Origin: Chromera velia
Taxonomy: Eukaryota
NCBI GenBank assembly: GCA_018398765.1
Contig: JAHBMJ010000493.1
Coordinates: forward strand, 1 to 46,123
Direction of reading: 5' to 3'
DNA: 46,123 bases
In this document: positions 1 to 13,759 of the stretch, piece after piece
Numbering within the stretch: the first letter of the stretch is position 1
How the letters are laid out: every line of letters begins with the position of its first letter
Notes under the pieces: model-generated
Told to the model about the DNA's origin: nothing
Databases searched by the model: none
The model's input: the letters and a program-made list of their open reading frames with translations, nothing else
Translations under genes and position numbers: made by a program

Positions 1-41
1 TATCAAATCTCTCGAAGTATTGCGCGAATCAACTTCACAAC

Positions 42-95
42 ATGGATCAATACATGCATGCTCTCCGTATGGATCAATACATGCATGCTCTCCGT
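42..95. repeat. 27-bp tandem duplication containing a TGCATG motif
   Basis: ATGGATCAATACATGCATGCTCTCCGT occurs twice back to back (42-68, 69-95). Confidence 0.85.
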
Positions 96-1946
96 CATGC
101 CTCCAGCCGCGCTGCCCCGATAAGCAACGCCGCGGCTCGGGACCGGCCGAGTTGGGCCGACCACTGCACGCTCGCCGCCGCCTCTCTATAAGTGGCTGAT
201 TACACATGTAACTAGTGGCAAAATATTTATACTAAGATGAACTTTGAAAGCAAAAAGCAAAACGTCTACATTTACGCTACGATTCATGATCAGGTATTTA
301 TGATTTCAAAACCTATAGGCTTTGAGTCTGTATAGAATTGAATTGAAGTCTGGATTAAAGTCGAAACATACATCATACATGTTTTTGACTAAGTTTTCCA
401 TATTATTCCATATAACTTGAAAATTACGGATTCTATTATAAAGTTGGTGATCTATAGTTGGTGATACCTTTAATCATGCAACCTATCTCAGCTAGTAGGC
501 TATCTAAATGACTCCGATATAAAAATGTGTTCTGTGGAGTCCTACCCTATGGCGCCACCCTTTGAGCCTTCGCATACGCCATGACTGAGTGAGCCCGCGT
601 GCCGACGCCACGTTCTGCCGCCGCGCTTATACGCAGTCTGCCTGTACGTATCGCACTCGAAGCTCAACGTATGCATACAAGTCTACGTTTGGCCTCAGTC
701 TTTAGCAATATGTTGTCTGAGCAACAGCCTACGGCAGGTTTAAGTTGAAGTCAGCCGAAGTCATTGAATTTCTAGTTAAACCCTAGGTTAAACCTATAGA
801 GTCGGATTCATGTGGAGTCGAAAGAAGTCTGAAGACAAAGCTTGATAGAACCTCTTAGAGTCAAAGTAAGATTGAGACCTCGTTTACATGAACCTGTAAG
901 GTGTTGCTTGAGTTAGTGTTGCTCACGTTCCTTCTCTAGATCTTCCCCAGGGTTCTTGTCCTCGCTTTACCTTCTGTCTGGACGCCATAAGGTGGCTGGA
1001 CAGGAGGGACAAAGCAGTTCAATATATAATATAAATATATCACATGTATACACGCGTGATGAGGATTGTTCTCCATCTCACTCCGTCGATGTCTACTCAA
1101 ATAACATGAATTTTTGCACCATGCAAGTCGATCTGTTGTCTTGCGAAGCTAGTTGCGAAGACACAATCAGTATAATGAACACATACTCGAATCAATTGAA
1201 CCAATCAACCAGAGAGGCTGAAGCAGTTGAAAAATCGGCGTAAATAGGATTTGTTCCCCCGGCTGTTTCTGAGCCCTCTACATGCACAGGCATGCCCAGC
1301 TAACTTCCACTGTGACTATTGAGGATGATCTCACGTACTATTCAAAAATCAAAAACCTCCCTTTGGCAGGATAAACACCGACCCTGTGAACACGAAATGG
1401 ACTGTATGCACATTGCAGAAAGAAATAGGATTGTCTGCCTGTCCTTCGAACTCGAATGCGAGGATCGAGGATTCCTGTCGGCCCCCTGAGGGCCAATTCG
1501 GAACTCACTGTATCTCTCTGCAGTATTGCGCATGCACCTACAGCCGGTTCCACGTTCACTCACAAGCTGAAGGTCTGTTTCTTGAACGCACACGTCGGCC
1601 CAGTCGAGCAAATTTTTCTCACGCTTTCTGTCTTTTATGTGCTCTTTCCTATGAACTAGTACACAGAAACTGAGTAGCTTCAAACAAGAGTTTCCACTCT
1701 TTTTCAAATTTTTGCGTGAAATAATAAATCTGAGAGTCCCACACCCATGCAACTGCAATGATCTCTACTCTGTCGTTGGTGAGGAAAGCCGTCCCCTCCC
1801 CTCCAGCTGGCGTACCCTTTTCCGGCATTATGCTGGCGGTCGGGAGAGCCGGGCAAAAAGAAGAGATGATCAACTTGATTGCCCGATTGAGCAAACACGC
1901 TTTCTTTCGACCTCTCTCTCGAGAGGGCATTTGGCTGCCTTCACTG

Positions 1947-2256
1947 TCAGAAGCTGCTGACCAACTGCATGACTGTCTTTGTTATTCCCTCTAACCTCCC
2001 TGAGACTTCACGATTGAACGAGAAGGTGTGCTCCAAAGGATCTAGAAGGAACCTCGTGTTCTCGTCTGCACAGAGGATTTTGACCTTCGGGTCGAACTCC
2101 TTCTCTGCGGCCTCTCGGGAGATCATCGCGTTCCACAGGTACACTGCCATGTACTGGTAGGCAGTGGCGGAAGGGTGGAAGCAGTCTAAGTGGGAGAGAA
2201 AACTTGCCTGCACACACACACACACACACACACTCTCTCTCACACACACACACACA

Positions 2257-2297
<41 letters not shown>

Positions 2298-2801
2298 CAC
2301 ACAGAGAGAAGGCCAGTTGATAGAATGAGTGTGCATCTGAAGTGTGTTAATCCATGCAAACTACTGGGGCAGAAAGACATTGACAGACAATTTCAATAAG
2401 CGTGAGTAAAGCGGGAGAATGGGAGGACAATAAACGCACCGGCCGACCCTTTTGGCCTCCTTCCCTCCTACCAGTGCTGCGTGATGCTTGCAGATAAACA
2501 CAACCTGTATGCCTCGGCGATATAAGCAACGCCCTCTCTGCCTCTCTCTCACTCTCTCTGTCTCTGTCTCTGTCTCTCTCCTTTTCTCTCTTCCGCTTTG
2601 TCACCCCTCTTGACGGACGTCAAAAACATCGAGGTCCATTTTCCGAAGTGCAGGATTGACGTTCACACCGAAGTCCTCCTCTTCCTGGAATTCTGCAGCC
2701 ACGTCCCTGAGTACCCTATTGTACCTGATCACCGTCTTGTCCATGCCCTCACGTAGTTTGTCTCCTGAATTGAGACCCCCGCAGGAACACATACACAGAC
2801 A

Positions 2802-2851
<50 letters not shown>

Positions 2852-4583
2852 CAGATAGATACGTAATTGCATCCGGAGGGGGAGAGAGAGAGAGAGAGAC
2901 AGAGAGACAGACAGACAGAGAGGCAGAGACAGAGACAGAGACAGAGACAGAGACAGAGACAGAGACAGAGACGGAGACAGAGACAGAGACAGAGACAGAG
3001 ACAGAGACAGAGACAGAGGCAGAGGCAGAGACAGACAGAGCAGAAGAGCGCGGGAGAATCAGAGAGGAGGAAAAACAAAAAGCAGGTCAATTGTTCGTGG
3101 CACTTCAGGTAGAAGAATTCACGCGGATACAAAAAACACAAGCAGTTCAGAGTACCACAAAAACAGAGCTCACACGAAACCCACAGGCCCGAAAAACACG
3201 AGAGCGAAGAAGGACACTCACTCTTCTTTTTCGTCCCTTCTTCTGCTGACCGAAGCTGCGAGGGAGGAATCCGCAAACGCACTCCATGGGAAAGATTCGG
3301 TGGACGTTCTTGCAAAAAGTCGACTTTTTGGAAAGTGAGTATACCTGCAGACGTCCACAAACAGGTCGGAAGGTATCCCGGCCACTTTTTCGCGGAGTGA
3401 CAGGTGCAAGGGAGCAAAGAGGGACGAAAAAGGAAGAGAGAGAGGGAGAGGGAGAGAGAGAGAGAGGGACGAACCGTCGAAACGGATACAAAGGACTAAA
3501 AACATGCTGATAGACACAGAGAGAGACAGAGGGAAGCACTGAAACGAATTCAGACCAAAGACAGCGCATGTGCAGAAAGAACACCTTCTATTCATATATG
3601 TGCATGCTTCAAAGTCCTCCTACTCACCTGGGAGACCCTGAAGAGTTCCACAAGGTTGACTAGAGACTTCGGGAATGCCTTTCTGAGTCTCATCAGCACG
3701 TCTGTCAGGTACTGTTTGTAGTCTTCTGGGGAGGTGCCCTTCAGAATGCAGGAGAAGCACAGGTCGTTGAAACCAATTAGGATGTTGCTGCACGCAGAAG
3801 TTATCCGAAAACATAGACAGACGCTCTTTGTATGCGACGTTTTGCATCAAAGGTTTTATACAAGCCACGTATTCATGTGTGTCGAAAACGGAGAACGAGA
3901 AGCTTTACCGCATACCTGCATTTGAAGTGGACACTTGAATCGATTGATGCCCCCTCGTCTGCATCTCATTCTAGACTTCAGAAATGTTTGTGAAGATTGT
4001 CTTCGCCTTGAACACTCATTCTGGCACTGATAAACTGACATGACTTTCCAGCCTTTCAGTGCTTCTCTGTATTCCTCCTTTTTGCTCTGCTGTATGAGGT
4101 AAGTGACTTGATCTTCTAGGTTGTTGACCATTGCGCCTGCCTGTGCAGAGTTGAGCCGGTCCATCTCTGGATGGTAATTTGCGGGACAAAAATACCCAAA
4201 GCAGACCTGCAAACATAAAAAACCACGAAGGCACACAAACACACACACAGGGAGATCTTCAAACAGGCAGACAGGTAGGGGGACACGCAGGCGTATCCTG
4301 ACCGAAAGGTTTGGTGGTTTCTGTCCGCGGAAGAAAGACTAACTCTACGGCTGCTGCTTCAACAGCAAATTTAAGTATGAAAAGTGATCGACTGCCACGA
4401 AGCAAGCGATCATTGCCAAGCAAGCAGCCCATGCATACGTGCAGGCAAAGCAAAAAGACTGAATCATGATGCAGGGTCCAGACCAACCTCCACAAAGTGG
4501 TGGCCCCTCGACTGTCCGGAAAGTCTGGGGGAATAATGTTTGATGATGTTCGAGACTGTCGTGACGTTGAAGTCTCCACCTGC

Positions 4584-4656
<73 letters not shown>

Positions 4657-4663
4657 GAGGGGG

Positions 4664-4715
<52 letters not shown>

Positions 4716-5312
4716 CCCCCCTCTCTCTCCCTCTCTCTCTCTTGTGTGTGTATGTGTGTGTGTGTGTGTGCGTGTGTGTATGTGCGCGCGCTCGCGTGTC
4801 CGCGTGTTTATATGTGTCTGATGTGTGAAAGGGAGATAGAGACTGCGTCCTCATGCTTCAGATCCCACTATTGAGCATTGATCACTTTCCAATCAAGAAC
4901 AAGGGTTCAGCGGACATGCTTATTAATCACATCCCTTCCCACAGAAATGCATTTTTGGAAGCATTTCAATGTGTTACGCACCTGCAGTGAATGATCGCCC
5001 TCTGTACTCCTGTAGGTTGGACATTCGGAATCCTGCTGTGACGCTGTCACCGAGGGAAATGAACGCAGAGATGTCTGAGGGGTGCAGGTCCCTCACATTC
5101 CTGGGTACATGGTTGGCTTCCGTAGGGGGACAGTGCTCATGAGAGTGAGAGTCCGGAAAGTGGTCGGGCCACGGTCCTTCATCTATCTGTCCCCCAGAGA
5201 GCTCTGAGGGCAGTTTGGAGGTTTTGGGCAGAAGTGCAGATATCAGACTGGCGCCCTCGATAGAAGGGGGAAGAAGTGTAGAGAGAAGAGTCAACAAACG
5301 GACGTGCGTCAT
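1947..5312 (-). CDS. Phospholipase B1-like SGNH/GDSL lipase, probably secreted; 7 exons, ~416 aa
   Basis: Exons 5312-4982, 4579-4488, 4206-4040, 3787-3628, 3344-3251, 2764-2619, 2207-1947, all GT-AG with consistent phases. Hydrophobic N-terminus MTHVRLLTLLSTLLPPSIEG. Block I LHPSDISAFISLGDSVTAGF..EYRGRSF, LNSAQAGA, block III WKVINILIGFNDLC, block V DCFHPS..MAVYLWNAM, all typical of PLB1-type domains. Confidence 0.88.
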
Positions 5313-6361
5313 TTTTGGAGTCCTCTCTTGCTTGGAACCGATTCTCAAGAAAAGCTGCCTGCCTTCAGATGTGCCAGTGAAAATCGGTGCGCCGCTTCAG
5401 AAAATTTGGCAAAGGACTCAGGATGGATTCGCATCCGTTCTTGGATTGCTTGAGATGCGTTCAGTCCGGTTCGCATGCATTTATTGTAGGCAACTCTACT
5501 GGGGCAAATGTTGTGTCACTCTGATGGAATAGAAGCAAGATAATCTCAACTCAGAGAGCAGTTGTAGGCCATTCTGGTTTCAATGGATTTGACCATTGGC
5601 CGGTCTTTCATCGACTGGAAAGCTCCGAGCAATTCTGACAGTGATGTAGCATAGACGGGATGTGTTGGAGAGACGGCGGCATGCCTGCATGCATGCGTTT
5701 CAAAGACGTATACGTGCATGGGTCCTTTGATGTCCTTTGTCTTACAAGTTTGTTCGCGCGCATTCGCGCGCGAACGGTAAGTAATGGAAAAGTTTGTCAG
5801 CAGGTCGGCTAAGTTCGAGGAGGGACACTCAGATTTTCATCGGGCGAAGATCGCTCAGCCTATAGCTCGGCCTAGCTTTTAATCCAAAACGGGTCCAAAA
5901 GCTAACCTTGTGTTGCTAAAGCCATTTTAATGTTTTTAAAAAATAAAACTATACTATTTTAAGATTGGGTTCTACATTGGGGTAGATTTAGAAAATCATA
6001 CTTGTTTTTCCAATTTTTTAATTTCTAACAAATAAACTAGCTTATATGTCTTCACTTCCCAGTTTTTTTTAATCATGGGTTTAATCTATTTGAAATCTCT
6101 AGTGAAATCTCTACTGGTTTGACAAGCTATATCAGCTGCTATGACAAGCCAGTTGGTAAGAAGTAGTAAAAAGATGCTTGTCAGAGAGAAAAACTCCTTA
6201 ATACTCCTTAAATGGCCTCATGGATGCATGTTCTCTCTTTCTCTCTGGTGCACGACCTGCCGTTCCTTCCTTCTCTACATCTCGATTCTTGGTACGAACG
6301 TTCAGTACGGTTTCGCTCAGAGAGCCTGTCTCTCCCAGCCACTCTCCTTCACCCCTTCCAG

Positions 6362-6401
<40 letters not shown>

Positions 6402-6408
6402 TCGCTCC

Positions 6409-6451
<43 letters not shown>

Positions 6452-7170
6452 TGTATGTGTGTGTGCGTGCGTGTGTGTGTGTGAGAGAGAGAAAGGTGCG
6501 CGAATCGTGACAAGCAAATGCGATAATGAACAGGAAGCATCACCGGGTCATGCAACAGGAGAAGGGGGGCTTCAGCAAATGACGAATTCTTTTGATTCAG
6601 TTGGGATGAGCACCGCAACAAATGCGCAACTGAAGAAAGAATGTAACCCCCTTCCTGCCTCGTACACAGGAGAATTAAGGAATGAATGTTCAAAAGGAGA
6701 CCTTGCGGGCAGACGGGCAAGAGAACCTGCGCAGTCCTGCTCTGCACGGAGCTCTGTCAAGCTGGAGCTGTGGGGTGAAGGAGCGCATGTTAGAAAGGAG
6801 GTGAGCCAGACAGGCGGTCTGGTAGGCAGGTAGGAACCAGGTACGATACACGCAAGCCAAAGTGAGAGGGATGACCCTTCAGATAGATCGATTGGTTGAT
6901 GGATGGATGAAAGGGAAGATTCGGTGTATGCTGAGATCATGGACGACAACGCTTGAATCTCCCGAAAAACTCCCCTTTCCTCCTCATTCCTCCTCCGCAA
7001 CCGTTCCCATGCATCCTGTGATCCCTCTCTCACTTCGGCTCACGTCAACCGATCACGAAGAAGTTCGAGAAAAAGATCAGTCAGTCTCTTTTCCGTCTTG
7101 CAGCCCTTTCATTCCCCGGCCCCTCCTCCTCCATGTTCCATTCACCCACACCCTTCCCCCCTTTCCCCCC

Positions 7171-10068
7171 TCACTGCAATCCAAAGCTGAGAGTTCGGAC
7201 CTCCAGAGGTTCCATCAGAGAGACGAGCACGAGGGTCGGGTTGTCTGCAAACTCGGGCACGCACACGCACAGAGGGAGGCCCCCGGGGTTCTCCTCCGTC
7301 CGCTCGCCGGCGCGTTTGACTGAGAACTCTTTGGAGTTGCCTGCATAGCGTCAGACGGACAGGCACAAAGAGGGAAAAACAAAGTGTATGAGAGACAGAG
7401 AGATAAATATACGGTCAACTCTTCTGCACCAGACAACAAAAAAATCAACCAGACAAGCACGAGGTCGACACAACCTCGTCCTAGGTACCCTGCGCTTGGC
7501 CAAATTATTGCATCCTGCTCTTATTGACACACGTTTCACTGATCCCTTTCAAATGTCAATTTGGACAGCCCAAAACTTTGCACACCCGCTTTCACATCAT
7601 GAAACCATTTTTCTTCCTTGACCCCCCGAGAACGAATCACGCACGAAAACCGCAAACACACAGAAACCCACACACCGAAGCGCAAACATCCACGCACACA
7701 CACACACACACACACACACAGAAACACACGGAGGGAGGAAGGGAGGGAGGGTGGGAGACGCTGAAAAAGAAACAAATACCGAACATAGTGTGGAGTAGAG
7801 ACTCTCATGTATGCACTCCTGCACAAAGCCCTCAAGCTTTCCGCGAGACGTTGCCCTGACTGACCCTCTCTCTGCCTGTCTACTTGCTTGCCTGTTTGCC
7901 CACTGACCTGAGAAGATCACATGTGGGGCTGGGGGTGAGTCCTCTTCCTCGTCTCGGTCTCCTGCCCCCCCCAGTCCTCCCCTCATGGTGGCTGTGGGGG
8001 CCCTTGTAGACGCCGAGGCACTCACCTTCTCCCTCATCATCGTGTCACCCACAGGAATGGCCAGGGGGTCGGCGATGGTGAAGGGGTAGCACGGGAGCGT
8101 GTCGGGTGCTGTGGGGGCGAGGTGGCGTGCGTGTGCGAAGGTCTCCAGGCACTGACACTCGTCTGCCGCCTCAGAGAAGGCGAGGCCGTCAGAGAGAGGT
8201 TGCCCGGAAGTGCCCAGGAAGGAAACTCCACCGACCTGCAGGAAGAAGGTACAGGCGTGCAAAAAGAGAAATTGCGGGAAAACTTATTGGTCCAGAAAGG
8301 AAAGAAGGTCAGGCAATCCAGACTTTCAGAACGAGGGAAGCGGAGGAAGGAAGCACTTGACACAAAAGCAGGGAAACAGGTAGAGACGAAACACAATACA
8401 CAAAAATGAAACGCTCATGAACAACACAGGAGAAATGATGAAGAACGAGAGGAAACACCCGAGCTTACTGCAAGATGACAATTATGCGACTCCACAACTG
8501 CGACATCTATTGTTTTCTTCATCTCTTACTATCCTCTCTACTACTGGCCCAAAATACCGGTCTATTGTTCTGTCTCCCTCACTGACTACCGATCTGTCTG
8601 TCTGTCTGTCTGGTCACCGTGCTTGGTCTTCACTGTCAACTTGTTCTCCTGCATTCCACCATGACGCAGACGGACGCACCTCAAAATGGAAGGGGTTGGT
8701 GACGCCAGTCAGGGCGGCGTTCTTGGCGGCAGTGGGGAACAGAGAGGGGTGGATAGGCTGCTGCGGAAGGAGAAAACCCGAGGGGTCACCTTCCCCAGGC
8801 ATCAGGTCAACAGGGATCACACTCGCCAGCTGCATAGACAACACACACACACACAGAGAGACAGGCAATTTAAGAGAAAACAAAAAGCTGAGGTTAACAA
8901 ATAACCGTTACAGCGTTACCGTTTCGAAGAGAAGACCTGCCGCTCCAATTTGGGATTCTCAGCGGATTTTTTCGACGGACCACCCCCAAACTACACACAC
9001 ACCGTCTTGCAACAAGCGTGCTTGAGACCGTGACATGGACTCTGTGTTTCATGTAAATATGCACATATTCGTGCACATATACTCCAAAGTAAACCCTCTC
9101 CCCCCCCTTCCGACCTGCGAGATGAAAGCGTCTGCCTCCTTCAGCATCTCCTTCTCGTTCGCAAAGGCATCGGCTGCCGAGGGCCCCTTCCCTGCCCCCT
9201 GAGGAGGTTCTGCAACCATGGCGGCAGTCCTCTGGGAGACAGGCGAGGGCTCACCAAGGATATTGCCGCAAATCACCAAACGCACAACGTCCGCGGAGAG
9301 CTCGGGAGAGGCGCAGGTGCCAAAGAGGAAATCGCGCAGAAGGACTAGCGGTTGCATCCTCAAAGAGGGACAGCCGAGGCGGAGGCCAGACACAAAAGCC
9401 ACAAAGGGCGGGCGGGGAGGGGTGGAGGCGGTCACCTTGGGAAGGGGAAGGGGGATGGGAGCGCCTGCGAATGTCCAGTCTGAGACTTTGAAGTCGCCAC
9501 TGTCTGTCAAGGCACCCCTGACTGCGATGACACAACCAGTCAGCAGCTTTCTCTGCAATTCTGTGCCTTCACTTGAGAGCCGCACTCGGGAAGTTTCATC
9601 CTCGAGTGCGATGTAGTCGTCAGGGGAGAGGAAGGATTTTCTCGGAATGGCTCCGACACTCTCTTTCGATTTCTGTGCGAGAGAATCGAACACAGAGGGT
9701 TTCAGAGTCATGTTCTTGTACGTTGTGCCGATAATGACACATTCCATGTTAGGGTGAGCTTCAAGAATTCGGGGAAGAAAGCGCTTTTCAGGGAGATCAG
9801 ACCACTTCGCCTGTGCCGTCTCCATGACATCCTTCCTCAGTGTGTGCAGACGGATGTAGTAGACTTGGGAGTACTGCTGCGTGTAGGTGCGGTGCTTTAG
9901 GTAAAAGCGGGCGCTGAAATTTTGAAATTCAGAGGCTCTTCTGACGATCGTCTGGGCTCCTTTTCCGTTCTCCCCCTCCTGCTCTTCTTCAAAAGACGAA
10001 GGCTTCTCCAATCCAACGGGGGCCTGAAGGAATTCTGTGGGCCAGTCGGAAGGAAAATCGATGCCCAT
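7171..10068 (-). CDS. POLD2: DNA polymerase delta small (B) subunit; 4 exons, ~533 aa
   Basis: Exons 10068-9115, 8829-8680, 8235-7908, 7340-7171. Motifs YTQQYSQVYYIRL, IIGTTYKNMTLKPS, LEDETSRVRL, FVSGL, RLVICGN, VDLMPGEGDPSGFLLPQQPIHP, VTNP, LGTSGQP, HLAPTAPDTLPCYP, PHVIFSGN, VPEF. Confidence 0.95.
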
Positions 10069-10972
10069 CTTTGATCAGTTCGGTTCGGCAAGAGATCTTG
10101 GACAGATTGATATAAAAGTGCAGCTTTCAAAGTAATGGCTGCGCACCACCACTTCTTTCCTGAGTGAACGCGGAAGACTGAATTCGACGCAACTGCGTCC
10201 TCTCGAAAGGAATTACGAGACGCTTGTCTGTTGCAACTGAAAAGGTTGCCAGCCAATCTTCACAGGGGCTATGCAGTCCTGGCGGAATCAGCACCGGAAC
10301 GAACTCACCTTTGGGTATATACTCTTTTTCGGACAGTTGTATGCAAGAATTAAGCTGTTGGATTCCCTTCTGTTCAATTTATGAACAGTTTCGATGATCA
10401 GGCCACTCAGATCGAGTTTCCGTCGATATATATCGGCGTCGGCGCGCGTCGCCCTGCATGTGGGCCGGCCGGGCCGTGTTCAAAACGATCGATCAGCGCG
10501 CCGCCGCACTACATGCATGCTTGACTGCATGACTAACACGAGAGCAACTTTTGCGTACACCAAAGCTTTTTCCTCTTAATTCGAAACGACAGGCATGCAA
10601 ACCCCGACTTCAATTGATTACTGGACTTCATAGATCAGAACCGTTCGACCCCGGGCACGTCCTCTCCTCGAGTCAGCCGATTTGTTTCTTCGGTTTCTTT
10701 TGCTTCCGCTCGATCTCGTGGCTTGTACGTTGCCACGGATCGGACCTTGGTCGCCCTGTGAACGTGCTCTGTTGGTTTTCCAGAGGGTCGACTGCTTGGG
10801 TTCACATGTCCCTGAGAGCACACGAGCTTGACAAAATACTCCAAAAGATCGTTGTTCAAATACGTCTGTGAAGGAATTAACGCACTCGAAAAACCGCCGA
10901 AGTAAAATTGACGTATCCTGCCAAGGGAAACAAAAGATAAGGGACGGTCAAGTACCGTTTTTTTTTCACAAA

Positions 10973-13172
10973 ATGGGAAACCAGCAGACCCTGCTGAACC
11001 AGCGGGCCCCCTTCCAGGGCTCTGAGAGCGTCTCCGTGCACGTCCACGATCTCATCGACTTTCCCGACCTACAGAGCAAAGACAATTTCTACGTTCTTCA
11101 CTTCCTCCCGTCACAAGGCTCCCCCTCCCCCTCCCCCTCCCACCACACGCCCCCCCACCCGGAGTCCCTCGCCCTGCGCATTCCCACAACAGCCCCAGTC
11201 AGAGTACCCACCCCCCACGACACCCTCACGTGCCGAATCGTGGAGGCCACCCACGCACTCCTGCCTGAACCCGACCCTGATGGAGGAGACGAGCCCCACC
11301 CGTCTCCTTCCAATGGCAACAGAGAAGAGGGAGGAGACGCCCTGATCGCCTTCAAACACCTCCGTCTCTTCTCAGGCTCCGACAGGGACTTCACCATTGA
11401 AATTGAGGCGGCGGAACTTCCAGATGGATTGCTGTCAGTCGGTGACTTCAGGTTCAAGCTCTCTTATTTTTCCTCAAAAGAAGAGAGAGAAAACGCAACG
11501 CGTTAAGGAGAAGACCACTGAGCCAGTCCGTGTCCCACGTTCTGTTTGCTCGTCTTTGAGACACATTGTGTATTTTTTGAAGCAGTAGGCTCTCTCTCTG
11601 TTTTGAGAACTCGACCATGGTCCTCTGAAGTATTCGCCCACCCGTTTTGTTCTTCCCCCCCCCCTCTGCCTTTTGCACATAATTTGATTCTTCCTTTGAC
11701 CTCCATGTCGTACCAAATATCTTTCTACTCTTGCGTGAAGCATATTATATTTATATGCTCTTTCTGCACGACTGCACGGCCTTCTGTAATTCAATTCAGA
11801 GCGTCCCATCCTTGTTTGCAGGTACCGCACGCTGGTTGCGTGTCCGAACGACCGTGGCAAGAGAGGTTTGGCAGCAGACGGCGGTTGGAGTCTGGCGAGC
11901 CGCATGGCAGCAGCTGTGGGGGGCAGTAGTGGTCTTCCTTCTGTTCTTCTGTCTCTGGAGCTCTGTGGGGTGAGTCCCTGCCCCCTGGAGGTCCTGGAGA
12001 TGGGGGGGGAGGGGTTGTGTGCCTCTGGGGGGGATCGGGAGAAGGGGAAGAGTCGGACTGCCGACGGGTTCTGTTCGTTCGGGGGATTGCCGTCCTCTTC
12101 CTCCAGCAGGGGGGGCGCGGGGGTGGAAGTCGACCATGCGAGGTTGTGTAGGGTGCTGGCGGGAGCATTGAAGCATCAGTCGCGTGCTCTGGTGTCTCGC
12201 AGCAAGGAACTCAAGGAAAGGAGAACAGAGGTGGAGGAGGCGTTCGAGGAGGCAAGGCAGGCAAAGGCACAGGCACTTTTGGCAGGGGGGCATGCAGGTA
12301 TGTGTGAGTGCAACACAAGAGGAGAGGCGGGTTTGTGCATGTGTGTGTCAAAATGTACTTGAGTGATCTTTTGGGCTTTGAAGAAGAGGGTTTGGGAAGC
12401 CGTTCTGCGACGCGCTACGGACTTCTGTTTGCGGTTTTCTTCATTGTTTTTTTTGTGTGTGTGCACGAATGCTGGTCTTTATCTTTTCTACAAAGATGTT
12501 CTTGTTCGGGCAGACGGTCTTGCGGCAATCGAAAGAGGACACATCAACAGTCGACAGACCGTCATGCGTGTGTAGAATAATAAAAACACACTTCACTATG
12601 CATATCTTTATGATTCTGGGGAGCAGACAATCAAATTGAATCATCATTCAAAGAACAACAAGGAAGAAGACCTACCAGGTGCAGGTTGGTGGTGTGCAAA
12701 CGGACAACAGGACATTGTGTCCTTCCCCCCCTTCTCGCCCTCCCACCCGCTCTGTACGTATCTGCAGCCGCCCCCCTTGCCCTCCAGCGTTTGGTGGGAA
12801 GGTCTAGCAGCAGCCGGCCCCCGTCTCCCCGAGGTTCCGGTCACTTCGACCAGGCGGCAGGGGACGATCCGGTTCCTGCAGGGGATGGGGGGGACCTGGG
12901 GGGCCCAGGACCCACCACCAACGGGAGGAGGACGCCGGGGCCCTCCTACTGGGACGCAGACACGGAAGCGAACTCTTACCCGAACGGCACGGCGTCGCGA
13001 TATCTGCAGGTGAGGATTGGCGGGGAGAGGAGAGGAGAGAGACGAGGGAGAGTAGTGGGCCCCCTTTTCGTCCTCTCTTTCTCTTTCAACAGAGTTCCCG
13101 GGCCGCGCATGAGCATATCATTTGAAAATTAAACACACAAGCACACACGGACACAGAGAGACAGACAGACAG

Positions 13173-13235
<63 letters not shown>

Positions 13236-13431
13236 CACACCACACAAGAAGTCGATGACCGGCAGTTCGGAGGGGGAATCATGGCTTGGTCAGATGTCTT
13301 CGTTTCTGATTCTGCCTGTCTTGCTTGTGTTTCTCCATGTTCTTCCAAGTTGGCTTACAATCAGCGCTGTGTTTCGTCAAGACTGATTTGTGTAAATTTC
13401 CTTTCAACTCGTCTTCCGTCTTTGACTGCGA

Positions 13432-13521
<90 letters not shown>

Positions 13522-13759
13522 GCAGCCCGGCGCGGCAGTGCGGAAGGGCGCCTCAGGTCTGTCTCCCTCGAAGTCTGCATCGGGTGCCTCCCTGTCTCCC
13601 TCTGGCGCTGGGCAGGCAGGCGTGGGTTCTTCTTCGTCCTTCTTCCGGATGGGCCAGCCCTTCTGGCTCCGAAACTCACGATCCCTCCAGGTCGCTCTCC
13701 AGCACCAGCAGGAGCAGCACCAAAACGGGGGAGAGAAAGAGGGAAAGCAAGAGAAATAG
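10973..13759 (+). CDS. Hypothetical protein with MG N-terminus (possible N-myristoylation), beta-rich N-terminal region and central coiled coil; 4 exons
   Basis: Exons 10973-11451, 11822-12297, 12768-13009, 13526-13759 join in frame with GT-AG. Starts MGNQQTLLNQ; coiled-coil-like SRSKELKERRTEVEEAFEEARQAKAQ. No family recognised. Confidence 0.6.

Noticed and set aside
956..1930. Short ORFs downstream of the phospholipase gene
   Set aside because: No motifs or splice-consistent structure; likely 3' UTR or intergenic.
2656..3417. Long ORFs rich in ET/RQ/CL/HT repeats here and at 4259-4874, 16673-17249, 22799-23638 and 24128-24757
   Set aside because: They are translations of intronic microsatellites, not proteins.
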